Positions 14,401 through 27,947 of a stretch of DNA of 53,144 nt are shown in pieces. The translations under genes were made by a program, and so were the position numbers. Numbering within the stretch: the stretch's first letter is position 1; each line of letters opens with the position of its first letter. The stretch spans positions 1-53,144 of the forward strand of contig JAUCBJ010001094.1 of NCBI GenBank assembly GCA_032718475.1, given 5' to 3'. The notes below the pieces were generated by a model, which saw only the letters and a program-made list of their open reading frames with translations, did not search any database and was not told the DNA's origin. The DNA is from Nemertoderma westbladi (taxonomy: Eukaryota; Animalia; Xenacoelomorpha).

Positions 14401-17270
14401 TACATAGGGACTACTAACCACGGTACACTAATACTAATACAAAGGGACTACTAACCACGGTACACTAATAATAATACAAAGGGACTACTAACCACGGTAC
14501 ACTAATAATAATACATAGGGACTACTAACCACGGTACACTAATAATAATACAAAGGGACTACTAACCACGGTACACTAATAATAATACAAAGGGACTACT
14601 AACCACGGTACACTAATAATAATACATAGGGACTACTAACCACGGTACACTAATACTAATACAAAGGGACTACTAACCACGGTACACTAATAATAATACA
14701 AAGGGACTACTAACCACGGTACACTAATACTAATACAAAGGGACTACTAACCACGGTACACTAATACTAATACAAAGGAACTACTAACCACGGTACACTA
14801 ATACTAATACAAAGGGACTACTAACCACGGTACACTAATACTAATACAAAGGGACTACTAACCACGGTACACTAATAATAATACAAAGGGACTACTAACC
14901 ACGGTACACTAATACTAATACAAAGGGACTACTAACCACGGTACACTAATACTAATACAAAGGGACTACTGACCACGGTACACTAATAATAATACAAAGG
15001 GACTACTAACCACGGTACACTAATAATAATACATAGGGACTACTAACCACGGTACACTAATACTAATACAAAGGGACTACTAACCACGGTACACTAATAA
15101 TAATACAAAGGGACTACTAACCATGGTACACTAATACTAATACAAAGGGACTACTAACCACGGTACACTAATACTAATACAAAGGGACTACTAACCACGG
15201 TACACTAATACTAATACAAAGGGACTACTAACCACGGTACACTAATACTAATACATAGGGACTACTAACCACGGTACACTAATACTAATACAAAGGGACT
15301 ACTAACCACGGTACACTAATACTAATACAAAGGGACTACTAACCATGGTACACTAATACTAATACAAAGGGACTACTAACCACGGTACACTAATACTAAT
15401 ACAAAGGGACTACTAACCACGGTACACTAATACTAATACAAAGGGACTACTAACCACGGTACACTAATACTAATACAAAGGGACTACTAACCACGGTACA
15501 CTAATACTAATACATAGGGACTACTAACCACGGTACACTAATAATAATACATAGGGACTACTAACCACGGTACACTAATACTAATACAAAGGGACTAATA
15601 AGGCTCGCTACACTAATACTAATACAAAGGGACTACTAACCACGGTACACTAATACTAATACAAAGGGACTACTAACCACGGTACACTAATACTAATACA
15701 AAGGGACTACTAACCACGGTACACTAATACTAATACAAAGGGACTACTAACCACGGTACACTAATACTAATACAAAGGGACTACTAACCACGGTACACTA
15801 ATACTAATACAAAGGGACTACTAACCACGGTACACTAATACTAATACAAAGGGACTACTAACCACGGTACACTAATACTAATACATAGGGACTACTAACC
15901 ACGGTACACTAATAATAATACAAAGGGACTACTAACCACGGTACACTAATACTAATACATAGGGACTACTAACCACGGTACACTAATACTAATACATAGG
16001 GACTACTAACCACGGTACACTAATAATAATACAAAGGGACTACTAACCACGGTACACTAATACTAATACAAAGGGACTACTAACCACGGTACACTAATAC
16101 TAATACAAAGGGACTACTAACCACGGTACACTAATACTAATACAAAGGGACTACTAACCACGGTACACTAATACTAATACATAGGGACTACTAACCACGG
16201 TACACTAATACTAATACAAAGGGACTACTAACCACGGTACACTAATACTAATACAAAGGGACTACTAACCACGGTACACTAATACTAATACATAGGGACT
16301 ACTAACCACGGTACACTAATACTAATACATAGGGACTACTAACCACGGTACACTAATAATAATACAAAGGGACTACTAACCACGGTACACTAATACTAAT
16401 ACAAAGGGACTACTAACCACCGTAGCACTAATACTAATACATAGGGACTACTAACCACGGTACACTAATACTAATACAAAGGGACTACTAACCACGGTAC
16501 ACTAATACTAATACAAAGGGACTACTAACCACGGTACACTAATACTAATACATAGGGACTACTAACCACGGTACACTAATAATAATACAAAGGGACTACT
16601 AACCACGGTACACTAATACTAATACAAAGGGACTACTAACCACGGTACACTAATAATAATACAAAGGGACTAATAACCACGGTACACTAATACTAATACA
16701 AAGGGACTAATAAGGCTCGCTACACTAATACTAATACAAAGGGACTACTAACCACGGTACACTAATAATAATACAAAGGGACTACTAACCACGGTACACT
16801 AATACTAATACAAAGGGACTACTAACCACGGTACACTAATACTAATACATAGGGACTACTAACCACGGTACACTAATAATAATACAAAGGGACTACTAAC
16901 CACGGTACACTAATACTAATACAAAGGGACTACTAACCACGGTACACTAATACTAATACAAAGGGACTACTAACCACGGTACACTAATAATAATACAAAG
17001 GGACTAATAAGGCTCGCTACACTAATACTAATACAAAGGGACTACTAACCACGGTACACTAATACTAATACAAAGGGACTACTAACCACGGTACACTAAT
17101 AATAATACAAAGGGACTACTAACCACGGTACACTAATAATAATACAAAGGGACTACTAACCACGGTACACTAATACTAATACAAAGGGACTACTAACCAC
17201 GGTACACTAATAATAATACAAAGGGACTAATAAGGCTCGCTACACTAATACTAATACAAAGGGACTACTA
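2420..17270. repeat. 37-bp satellite array, ~14.85 kb, ~400 copies (ACTAATACTAATACAAAGGGACTACTAACCACGGTAC)
   Basis: Period 37 read directly (AACCACGG at 2521 and 2558). Recurrent variants: AATAAT, CATAGGG, CCATGG, CTGACC, +5-bp GGGAATCGAC, and AATAAGGCTCGC. Confidence 0.98.
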
Positions 17271-18679
17271 AATGCAAAATCTTAGTTTTCTAACTGTTTT
17301 GTGTTCTCGGTCTCGCATAGGTTTTGTTCCAGAATTAAACCACCCGTATCATAGCAATAGTGTAAAGTGCCACTTCACACTCAAGTCGGTTTTTAGGTTA
17401 GTTTTTTATCTGAATAATAACAAAATAAAGTAAAGAGGTCATAAAATGGGCCCGAAGCCTCCATATTGAGAAACTTTTATTATAGCCGCCACTACAGCAC
17501 CACAACTCCAACAAACATAGGCCTTGCGGCTACAATGTACAACTGTATTACTTACACACCAGAGACTTTATTAAATATTTATACATAAAATGAACAAAAA
17601 ATATAATTATTGAGTAAGAATTACAGGATTGATATTTTCCATTTAATTTTATAATCTCAATGGTCTTATCCTACTTTTAGAAATACGACAATTTTTTTCT
17701 TAACTATCACCGATCATTTTAATTTAAATATTCATACTTTTTGGTATTCGTTGGATTGCCATAATCCGGATTCCTAGGCGGTGTGAATAAATTGGATCTT
17801 AAACTTTGGTAACTATACATTGCATTATTTCAGACTGCCGAAATATTAGTTTAGTAACATCGAATGATATTAAAATCATTCAAAATTTTTTAATTAATCA
17901 TAATAATTAACTTATTCCATCAACTGTGATGCCAGAGTCTCTACTTTACTTCTTTTTTATAAATCAGAATCATGGTCCCAAAAAGTCGGGACAAAGAATA
18001 TGATACTGTTTTTTAACACAGATTAAACTACTGTAATCATATCTAAACTAAAATAAAGAAAAAGAAACAAATTCCACAAGGAAATTATATTATAATATTG
18101 CACTATACCACATAGAGAAAATAACACTTTATATATTTACGAATATAATATTTATTGCTTTAGATACAGTAGAGTTTATGTAGATGGTAGTTCATCTACA
18201 CTCAAAACTCATACCAAATATCTACAAAGTACGTAGTTCAGCACTGTTGGGCATTCCACTAGTAAAATAGGTTACAACCACTATCTAAATCTAAATCTAC
18301 ATTCAATTTACAAAAAATGAGTACAATGTATTAAGCCCATTGTTAATATAGGCGTATTCACATTCGGCCCTAACCTGTTTGGTGCACACCACCATGGAAA
18401 AATGTAACTCATTATATTTCAGCTAGATTTTGGATTTCTGTTAGCTGCGTGTTGGAAAAAAATATTATCTTTATTCTGGATCATTATTTAACAAACTTTC
18501 TCTGCTATATTTTGCTATTCTTTTTCTATGAGCACTATCTCGAACATGTTAGCTATGAAATGGGAAAATGTTCTAGAACAATAACTTAGTAGGATACTTA
18601 GTACGATATAGGATATAATGTAATCCGTAGGCCTATCCATTACCGTGGAATTTTATTATGTTTATATTTCTTTATCCTA

Positions 18680-21600
18680 CGGGTTAGGGATGGGGGTTTG
18701 ATTTGGTTACGGTAGGATTGGGTTAGGGTTGGGGGTAGGATTAGGTTAGGGTTGGGGTGGGTTGGGTTAGAGTTGGGGGTAGGATTAGGTTAGGGTTGGG
18801 GTGGGTTGGGTTAGAGTTGGGGGTAGGATTAGGTTAGGGTTGGGGTGGGTTGGGTTAGAGTTGGGGGTAGGATTCGGTTAGGGTTGGGGTGGGTTGGGTT
18901 AGAGTTGGGGGTAGGATTAGGTTAGGGTTGGAGTGGGTTGGGTTAGAGTTGGGGGTAGGATTAGGTTAGGGTTGGGGTGGGTTGGGTTAGAGTTGGGGGT
19001 AGGATTCGGTTAGGGTTGGGGTGGGTTGGGTTAGAGTTGGGGGTAGGATTAGGTTAGGGTTGGGGTGGGTTGGGTTAGAGTTGGGGGTAGGATTAGGTTA
19101 GGGTTGGAGTGGGTTGGGTTAGAGTTGGGGGTAGGATTAGGTTAGGGTTGGAGTGGGTTGGGTTAGAGTTGGGGGTAGGATTCGGTTAGGGTTGGGGTGG
19201 GTTGGCTTAGAGTTGGGGGTAGGATTCGGTTAGGGTTGGGGTGGGTTGGGTTAGAGTTGGGGGTAGGATTAGGTTGGGGTGGGTTGGGTTAGAGTTGGGG
19301 GTAGGATTAGGTTAGGGTTGGGGTAGGATTGGGTTAGAGTTGGGGGTAGGATTAGGTTAGGGTTGGGGTGGGTTGGGTTAGAGTTGGGGGTAGGATTAGG
19401 TTAGGGTTGGGGTGGGTTGGGTTAGAGTTGGGGGTAGGATTAGGTTAGGGTTGGGGTGGGTTGGGTTAGAGTTGGGGGTAGGATTAGGTTAGGGTCGGGG
19501 TGGGTTGGGTTGGGTTAGAGTTGGGGGTAGGATTAGGTTAGGGTCGGGGTGGGTTGGGTTATAGTTGGGGGTAGGATTAGGTTAGGGTTGGGGTGGGTTG
19601 GGTTAGAGTTGGGGGTAGGATTAGGTTGGGGTGGGTTGGGTTAGAGTTGGGGGTAGGATTAGGTTAGGGTTGGGGTGGGTTGGGTTGGAGTTGGGGGTAG
19701 GATTAGGTTAGGGTTGGGGTGGGTTGGGTTAGAGTTGGGGGTAGGATTAGGTTAGGGTTGGGGTGGGTTGGGTTAGAGTTGGGGGTAGGATTAGGTTGGG
19801 GTGGGTTGGGTTAGAGTTGGGGGTAGGATTAGGTTAGGGTCGGGGTGGGTTGGGTTAGAGTTGGGGGTAGGATTAGGTTAGGGTTGGGGTGGGTTGGGTT
19901 AGAGTTGGGGGTAGGATTAGGTTGGGGTGGGTTGGGTTAGAGTTGGGGGTAGGATTAGGTTAGGGTTGGGGTGGGTTGGGTTAGAGTTGGGGGTAGGATT
20001 AGGTTGGGGTGGGTTGGGTTAGAGTTGGGGGTAGGATTAGGTTAGAGTTGGGGTGGATTGGGTTAGAGTTGGGGGGTTTGATTTGGTTACGGTCGGGGCG
20101 GGTTGGGTTAGAGTTGGGGGTAGGATTAGGTTAGGGTTGGGGTGGATTGGGTTAGAGTTGGGGGTAGGATTAGGTTAGGGTTGGGGTGGATTGGGTTAGA
20201 GTTGGGGGGTTTGATTTGGTTAGGGTCGGGGTGGGTTGGGTTAGAGTTGGGGGTAGGATTAGGTTAGGGTTAGAGTTGGGGGTAGGATTAGGTTAGGGTT
20301 GGGGTGGATTGGGTTAGAGTTGGGGGTAGGATTAGGTTAGGGTTGGGGTGGATTGGGTTAGAGTTGGGGGTAGGATTAGGTTAGGGTTGGGTTGGGTTAG
20401 AGTTGGGGGTAGGATTAGGTTAGGGTTGGGTTGGGTTGGGTTGGGTTGGGTTGGGTTGGGTTGGGTTGGGTTGGGTTGGGTTGGGTTGGGTTGGGTTGGG
20501 TTGGGTTGGGTTGGGTTGGGTTGGGTTGGGTTGGGTTGGGTTGGGTTGGGTTGGGTTGGGTTGGGTTGGGTTGGGTTGGGTTGGGTTGGGTTGGGTTGGG
20601 TTGGGTTGGGTTGGGTTGGGTTGGGTTGGGTTGGGTTGGGTTGGGTTGGGTTGGGTTGGGTTGGGTTGGGTTGGGTTGGGTTGGGGGTAGGATTAGGTTA
20701 GGGTTGGGTTGGGTTAGAGTTGGGGGTAGGATTAGGTTAGGGTTGGGTTGGGTTGGGTTGGGTTGGGTTGGGTTGGGTTGGGTTGGGTTGGGTTGGGTTG
20801 GGTTGGGTTGGGTTGGGTTGGGTTGGGTTGGGTTGGGTTGGGTTGGGTTGGGTTGGGTTGGGTTGGGTTGGGTTGGGTTGGGTTGGGTTGGGTTGGGTTG
20901 GGTTGGGTTGGGTTGGGTTGGGTTGGGTTGGGTTGGGTTGGGTTGGGTTGGGTTGGGTTGGGTTGGGTTGGGTTGGGTTGGGTTGGGTTGGGTTGGGTTG
21001 GGTTGGGTTGGGTTGGGTGGGTTGGGTTGGGTTGGGTGGGTTGGGTTGGGTTGGGTTGGGTTGGGTTGGGTTGGGTTGGGTTGGGTTGGGTTGGGTTGGG
21101 TGGGTTGGGTTGGGTTGGGTTGGGTTGGGTTGGGTGGGGTTGGGTTGGGTTGGGTTGGGTGGGTTGGGTTGGGTTGGGTTGGGTGGGGTTGGGTTGGGTT
21201 GGGTTGGGTTGGGTTGGGTTGGGTTGGGTTGGGTTGGGTTGGGTGGGGTTGGGTTGGGTTGGGTTGGGTTGGGTTGGGTTGGGTTGGGTTGGGTTGGGTT
21301 GGGTTGGGTTGGGTTGGGTTAGAGTTGGGGGTATGATTAGGTTAGGGTTGGGGTGGGTTGGGTTAGAGTTGGGGGTAGGATTAGGTTAGGGTTGGGGTGG
21401 GTTGGGTTAGAGTTGGGGGTAGGATTAGGTTAGGGTTAGAGTTGGGGGTAGGATTAGGTTAGGGTTGGGGTGGGTTGGGTTAGAGTTGGGGGTAGGATTA
21501 GGTTAGGGTTGGGGTGGGTTGGGTTAGAGTTGGGGGTAGATTAGGTTAGGGTTGGGTGGGTTGGGTTAGAGTTGGGGGTAGGATTAGGTTAGGGTTGGGG

Positions 21601-22712
21601 TGGGTTGGGTTAGAGTTGGGGGTAGGATTAGGTTAGGGTTGGAGTGGGTTGGGTTAGAGTTGGGGGTAGGATTGGTTAGGGTTAGGTTGGGGGTAGGATT
21701 AGGTTAGGGTTGGGGTGGGTTGGGTTAGAGTTGGGGGTAGGATTAGGTTAGGGTTGGGGTGGGTTGGGTTAGAGTTGGGGGTAGGATTAGGTTAGGGTTG
21801 GGTGGGTTGGGTTAGAGTTGGGGGTAGGATTAGGTTAGGGTTGGGTGGGTTGGGTTAGAGTTGGGGGTATGATTAGGTTAGGGTTGGGGTGGGTTGGGTT
21901 AGAGTTGGGGGTAGGATTAGGTTAGGGTTAGAGTTGGGGGTAGGATTAGGTTAGGGTTGGAGTGGGTTGGGTTAGAGTTGGGGGTAGGATTAGGTTAGGG
22001 TTGGAGTGGGTTGGGTTAGAGTTGGGGGTAGGATTCGGTTAGGGTTGGGGTGGGTTGGCTTAGAGTTGGGGGTAGGATTCGGTTAGGGTTACGGTAGGAT
22101 TGGGTTAGAGTTGGGGGGTTTGATTTGGTTAGGGTCGGGGTGGGTTGGGTTAGAGTTGGGGGTAGGATTAGGTTAGGGTTGGGGTGGGTTGGGTTAGAGT
22201 CGGGGGTAGGATTCGGTTAGGGTTGGGGTGGGTTGGCTTAGAGTTGGGGGTAGGATTCGGTTAGGGTTACGGTAGGATTGGGTTAGAGTTGGGGGGTTTG
22301 ATTTGGTTAGGGTCGGGGTGGGTTGGGTTAGAGTTGGGGGTAGGATTAGGTTAGGGTTGGGGTGGGTTGGGTTAGAGTTGGGGGTATGATTAGGTTAGGG
22401 TTGGGGTGGGTTGGATTAGAGTTGGGGGTAGGATTAGGTTAGGGTTGGAGTGGGTTGGGTTAGAGTTGGGGGTAGGATTAGGTTAGGGTTAGAGTTGGGG
22501 GTAGGATTAGGTTAGGGTTGGAGTGGGTTGGGTTAGAGTTGGGGGTAGGATTAGGTTAGGGTTGGAGTGGGTTGGGTTAGAGTTGGGGGTAGGATTAGGT
22601 TGGGGTGGATTGGGTTAGGTTAGGGTTGGGGTTGGGGTTGGGGGTAGGATTAGGATAGGGTTGGGGTAGGGTTGGGCTAATGTTGGATATAGTTAGTGTT
22701 AGGATTGGGTTA
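18680..22712. repeat. G-rich 44-bp minisatellite with telomere-like motifs (TTAGAGTTGGGGGTAGGATTAGGTTAGGGTTGGGGTGGGTTGGG)
   Basis: The unit repeats throughout, with shortened variants. Each unit contains TTAGG, TTAGGG and five G-runs of 3 or more. The + strand is almost devoid of C. Confidence 0.97.
20426..21320. repeat. (TTGGG)n microsatellite tracts inside the 44-bp array
   Basis: Near-pure TTGGG runs at ~20426-20685 and ~20743-21320. The GWVGL ORFs in the track are artefacts of this repeat. Confidence 0.97.
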
Positions 22713-23479
22713 GCTTACATGCGCTGGAACATATTGCAAACAAAAATATAAATCATGTAGTGGTAAAAATAAGAAGAAAAATTAAAATAGTAAATAAAAT
22801 GGTAAATCTAAAACAAATATTTCTAGAACGAAAAAATATTGTTTTAGAACAATACCTTTTATAAAAAATTAATAGCAAATATGTTCAAAACGAAATAATA
22901 CATAAAACACCATTTTGCTTAGTGTTAGGCACCAAACAGGTTAATTACCCACTATTCATACAAACGACTCTGTCCCTAACTGCACAATTAGGTACCGGAG
23001 GTTTAAAAAAATTGTAATATTTATTGAAGATAAGTATTGCACTAAAACTTACAAATTCATATTTAAACTGCGGAATAATTACGTATGCCACAGGAACTGA
23101 AATAAAACTGAAGCATGGGAGAAATACATAATATATATTATATAATATTAATTTTATTATTAATATTAATATAAATTGCAATTAGATTTTATTTAAAACA
23201 AACATACCAGACTTTATATATACACATAAGCTACAATCAAACAAAGCAATAAAAAATGCCAGCTCGGAGTTGATTAACATTTACAGTTGGTTGAATCTAT
23301 TTTTCAAAAATTATTCAAATCCAATTTACAGGCACAAAATATTCAGTACAAGATAGAGAAATTACAGCTAAATATCACTACATACAAACTCAAATTTGTT
23401 GTGATCTTAGCGAAGGGTTAATATATAATATTGTATATTTAATTCAATAATTTAAAATAATAAATATTTACAGGTAATA

Positions 23480-23485
23480 TTTATT
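23480..23485 (-). promoter_or_regulatory. Candidate poly(A) signal of snail
   Basis: AATAAA on the minus strand ~120 nt after the stop. The context is AT-rich, so this is weak. Confidence 0.3.
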
Positions 23486-23603
23486 GTAGGAATTGATTTT
23501 CTAAAAGCAGTAAAAGCGAGCACTTGACTTCATAAATGACAAGACTGAATATATATATTTTTCATTAAACGTTAATTTCAACCATAATTGGACTGTTCTG
23601 ATC

Positions 23604-23832
23604 TTATGCCGCGGTTTGTAGGACGACTTTCTGGGACGTCGACGTCGGTAGACTACAGCCCGTCTGGATGTGTTTGCTCAGCAAGGACATCCGCGAGAAG
23701 GTCTTGTTGCAGGTTAAACACCGGTACTTCTTTACGTCGCTGTGAGTCTGTAAATGCGCCCGCAAGTTTGAGCGATCCGCGAAAGCTCGTGAACAGAGCG
23801 AGCATGTAAATGGTTTTTCCCCAGTGTGAGTT
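23604..23832 (-). CDS. snail: Snail-family zinc-finger transcription factor, last coding exon (end of finger 3, fingers 4-5, stop)
   Basis: After acceptor ttttatAG it reads (R)[59 protein letters not shown]...AA*, the Snail/Slug signature. Phase 2 matches the upstream exon. Not in the ORF track. Confidence 0.96.
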
Positions 23833-24258
23833 CTATAAAATAATTGTTAATTTAGTTCGGTTATAATAAATTTTAATTGTTTAATGAAAATAATAGGAGC
23901 TGGAGACAACACATGTCAAACGCCGCTTTTTATGGTACAATACCATCTCATCGGTATCAAACACTCTCAGTAAACACAGATTACAGTATTATTCAGTGGA
24001 TCCTATGCTGGAGAAGTATAAACGAGGTCAGAACAGATCTACTTTTCTGGAAACAGCACTACGACCGGCTATGACATATACTGTAGACCAATTCAAAAAG
24101 GATACTGGACTTGGGATAAACGCAATTGCGAATTACAATGACCAAGGTTACCGTTGAGCACAGTGGCTGTAAAACATTATTCGCTGGAAGGCCAGGAGGA
24201 CGTAAATTGCGGACATACAAGGTATCAGGTAGTATTTTCAGCTCTACCATTTATCTGA

Positions 24259-24410
24259 GCCGCTAGCGGAATGGTTAGAGCGTCAGATTTCCAACCAAGA
24301 GGTCACCATTTCGATCACTCCTGGACGTCATTGCCGACTTTGCGAAGATGTACCCATACTGCCCAACGAAAGTTATGAAGAATCTGGAGGGCTAGATCTA
24401 GATGCACCTA
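24259..24410 (+). mobile_element. Degenerate tRNA-derived SINE head in snail intron 3
   Basis: GCCGCTAGCGGAATGGTTAGAGCG resembles a tRNA D-arm/A-box. A decayed B-box (TTCGATC) follows ~45 nt later. 3' boundary uncertain. Confidence 0.4.
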
Positions 24411-25846
24411 ATTTCCAATGTCCGAGCTCGTTTGACTCAATAATACCGTAGTAGAACTAAAACACAATAATGTGCACCACTGGCCTACCGGCCCACCACC
24501 ACCACAATCAACAACAACTTTTCCCAACGGCAGCTATTGTTCGGTACCGTTATTGTTCCGTAGTCCAGAGCGTAGATTACTCCACATTGCCATTGTTGTA
24601 TTGTTGTCGCCTTACACAGTCGCCTTCCCTGCTGGTGGGTCTCCATTGACGTAATGAATAATATCCAGGGATACACGAAAACGACGGGACCTCAGAGAAG
24701 GTTGACCGTTAGCCTCCGCTATTATTACAATACAATTGGAATTACAAAGGAAAATGAGCCTAAGGTAAGAATAGATTATCCCAGGGCCCCTCAATTTTAA
24801 TCCATTTTTATGTCATATAATGAGGGATAGGCTATTCCCTTAATCTAATGGAGTTGTGAGAAACACACCCCACCCCATAGGACGAGGAAATACAATGGGC
24901 TAACCCGTTGGTCGATAACGGTACCACCAAAGCTGGAAAGAAAATAGAGAGGCGAACTTCGAATGCATGAAAAACGTTCGAGAAGTATTGTAGATACCGT
25001 GTGGTACTGGAGCTATAGGCAGGTGGGCCTGTCAGTGCGTGACTGAATTAACGGAAGCCCACACAGATGCAAAATGGGACGACCAACAGTTCCAAGGCCA
25101 GTAAGCGAACAAAAAGTCTACATATAAGGGCATATAGAGGTCGACTTGTCTTAAAGCATACACACAGGGCCCACTGAAGGATCCGTTTATATGGCGTCTC
25201 CGCACACATGGAGGTTAACATTGGTTTACCAAGGGACAAGTCATCTGTAGAGAATATAGGAACAATTAATAAGTGGACAAGAGTACTGATACTGACTGAA
25301 TCACTTTTATCAGCTACGCTATTCATAACAGATGTATATAATTGAAAGCACCTGCATCAGGCTAGCAATGAAGCCACATCCATGGCAACAAACTTTTGAA
25401 AACACGTGATCGAATGAACCAATCCTGAAAAAAATATTTCAAAAGATATACTTGACCTTGAACTTTGTTATCTTTAAAAGATAAGGACACTTAAACTTGA
25501 AACGCTCCCAAGATAACAAAGCAATGTCTGCAATGTTGAACTTTATAGCACTATTCAACATATATCCTTTATTTACACGAAGCAGACCATGACTATGGAG
25601 TGAATGGGCTAGTAATGAAGTTTTGTAGACGATACGGTGGTTTATACTGTATTTGATGAAAAATGTATTGTGTTTTTAACAGACGAGATAATATGTGATA
25701 TATCCGCTACAAAACCCGAAAAGAAAAAAAACTAAATCTAGTAATTTACTTTTGTGAATCAACTAATGTGCAAACAATGTCGTAAAACATACAAATCATT
25801 GATCACGAATCACGAAATAAGGCTATAAATGTGAACATCCACATAC

Positions 25847-26432
25847 CTTATATGTCCTTGTAGTAGCCAAGGGCGAGAGAATGCCTTGCCGCAAATATCG
25901 CATTTACAGGGCAGCGTGTGAGTGCGAATGTGCATCTTTAGGGCGCCGAGGGACATGTAGACCTTATCGCAGTGTTTGCAAGAGAAAGTCTTGCTGCTCT
26001 GATGTGCGGAGCAATGGAACTGCTTGTGTTTTGTGAGTCCGGAGGCTGTTGCGTAGCTTTTCTTGCAGTTTGGACATTCGAACTTTGATCCTCCGTTGTA
26101 AACATGGTTGTGATTATGCCGCTTCGGTGACACTATCGGACTGTTCTCGCTGTCCGAGGAGGAATTCAGACTGGATTCTGCGGGTGGATAGGGGAATTTA
26201 GTTGGTTCCGCGAAGGTAATGTTCCTGCCGAACCATGGGTTGGAGAAACCCTGAGCCTTGCCGCCATTGGATGGGGACACGCTAGTAGTCGGAGAGGGAA
26301 AGAACCCGTTGTTTGGGGATATCGGAAACAAGATGGGATGCGGGAGACACGATAAGGGAGATAATCCCGCAGAATGGGGCAACTCGGTCGGTCTGGAGAA
26401 ATGCATATCCCTCAATCGTTGTCGTCGTTTCA
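25847..26432 (-). CDS. snail: Snail-family gene, exon 3 (Ser/Pro-rich region and fingers 1-3)
   Basis: [71 protein letters not shown]. Acceptor tttcAG at 26433, donor AG|GTATGT at 25846. Confidence 0.96.
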
Positions 26433-27224
26433 CTGAAACTAATAAACATGATTTATTTAATGTTACGATAATTATTATTGGTATTAAATTATTGTTTATT
26501 AAATTGTTTTTAAAGTCCCACTGGCACATGCGTGTTTTTTGGATTACGAATGAAAACTAAAACATTAGGTAGCCCAGGCGACAATATGATTGATAAAAGA
26601 GTTATATTTAAGTTTAGAGTTCGTTCAAAGGTTTGAGATTTAATTTTTAACATTTTAACTTCGATTTGAATCTATATTACTACTTCGCATTTTAAAGTTC
26701 AAGTTAAATTATTCGAGAAAAATAGTAAATAGCGGTAATTAACTCTTCCGTATGTTCAATGAATCGAGTGTCAATGTCTAAAAAATAGAAAATCTAAAAT
26801 GAAATAATAAGTTTATTTTTTCGGTCGGGAATATCCGGGACTCCAAATATCACCAAAAATGTTTGTTTTTCATAAAAAGACGAGTTATCAAGTAACCCAT
26901 TAATTAATAACTAAAATATGTAATAATTCATGGCTACGTCTATTACATAAGGAATACATCCAGAGATGGACGTCTATGAATGAAATTAAATATACCTAGT
27001 TTAGTTTACGGAAGAACAATCTGAAAAAATACCTCAACCAAAGGGCAACGTAATTAGTGGTGCCGGAACGTCCCTAGATATTCTTGGAAACCGAACAACA
27101 ACCTTCCAAATAAATCTACTTTATCCCACAGTATAGCAACCATAGTGAGTGAACTTACACCTTAACATCAACACATACTGAGTGAAACTAGTTACGCATG
27201 TGGTGAACTTTAAGGGCAACTTAC

Positions 27225-27659
27225 CAGGGGTGTTATATATTTCATTTATAAATGGCATCATAGGCATGTAGGGCATCGGAAAACTGAAACCGGAAGTCGG
27301 TGACATGACAACCGCATCGCCATTGGATGAGCTTGTAGAAGGTAGAGAATGGACTGGGTTCCATATTGGTGCGCCCCCAGCGGGTATCAGAGGTTTTGGT
27401 AACCGGGATGTTGGCGAGGCGACGACAATAGTTGGTGGCAACTTGGCGTCTGTAGGTGGTCCCGTATGTAATGGCCTCGAAGGGGAGTACTGCGGTTGGG
27501 GTTTCCGTGGAGATTGGTCGTATTTGGGGGATGGGAGGTAGAAGGAGCCGTTTGGTGAGTTCATTTGGGTTGAGTTTGGGGAGTAGAGAAGCGACGAGGG
27601 GACTGGTGACTGGACGAGTAAATCGTGACTAACCGGAGATTCATAATGAGGCGTGATTA
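27225..27659 (-). CDS. snail: Snail-family gene, exon 2 (Ser/Pro-rich, many SP motifs)
   Basis: 435-bp open exon between acceptor tttttgcAG (27660) and donor G|GTAAGT (27224). Phase 1-1, in frame with exon 3 and with track ORF 27121..27564. Confidence 0.85.
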
Positions 27660-27947
27660 CTGCAAAAATTATAAATAACGTGGATATTTATTCGTTTTTT
27701 CATTAAAAATTACTTTACAACCAGACAACGATTTCGATGGCTGTAAATTAATTGTTCTACATTATAAGATCAACTGATGGCTTTTTGATGACAATCACTT
27801 TGACCTTTTACCTCTGTTTATGGGTTTACTTTATGGGCCCTTTTTTTATTGATGCGTTTTTTTTACCCGCGTTTTTGGTTGTGTTGTTTAACCGTGTTTT
27901 TTGCGATCGTAGTCGTACAATATAAATGTTAGAAAAATGTAAGTAAA

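Larger units (their letters stand above)
18381..22943. mobile_element. Putative non-autonomous inverted-repeat element enclosing the G-rich array
   Basis: TAACCTGTTTGGTGC (18381-18395) is the exact reverse complement of GCACCAAACAGGTTA (22929-22943). A further inverted match pairs ATATTTTGCTATT (~18507) with AATAGCAAATAT (~22871). No TSD found. Confidence 0.55.

Noticed and set aside
2420-17270. 37-bp repeat as a CRISPR array
   Set aside because: Units are head-to-tail with no unique spacers, there are no cas genes, and the context is eukaryotic.
2399-17377. TGAAGTGG / CCACTTCA inverted match flanking the 37-bp array as TIRs
   Set aside because: Only 8 bp with no TSD, which is expected by chance.
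20348-21389. GWVGL-repeat ORFs
   Set aside because: Translation of (TTGGG)n is open in all three frames, and the starts are not ATG.
24400-25400. Possible decayed LINE fragment in snail intron 3 (STDDL, KRILQWALCV on the minus strand)
   Set aside because: The resemblance to ORF2 motifs is too weak to support without a search.
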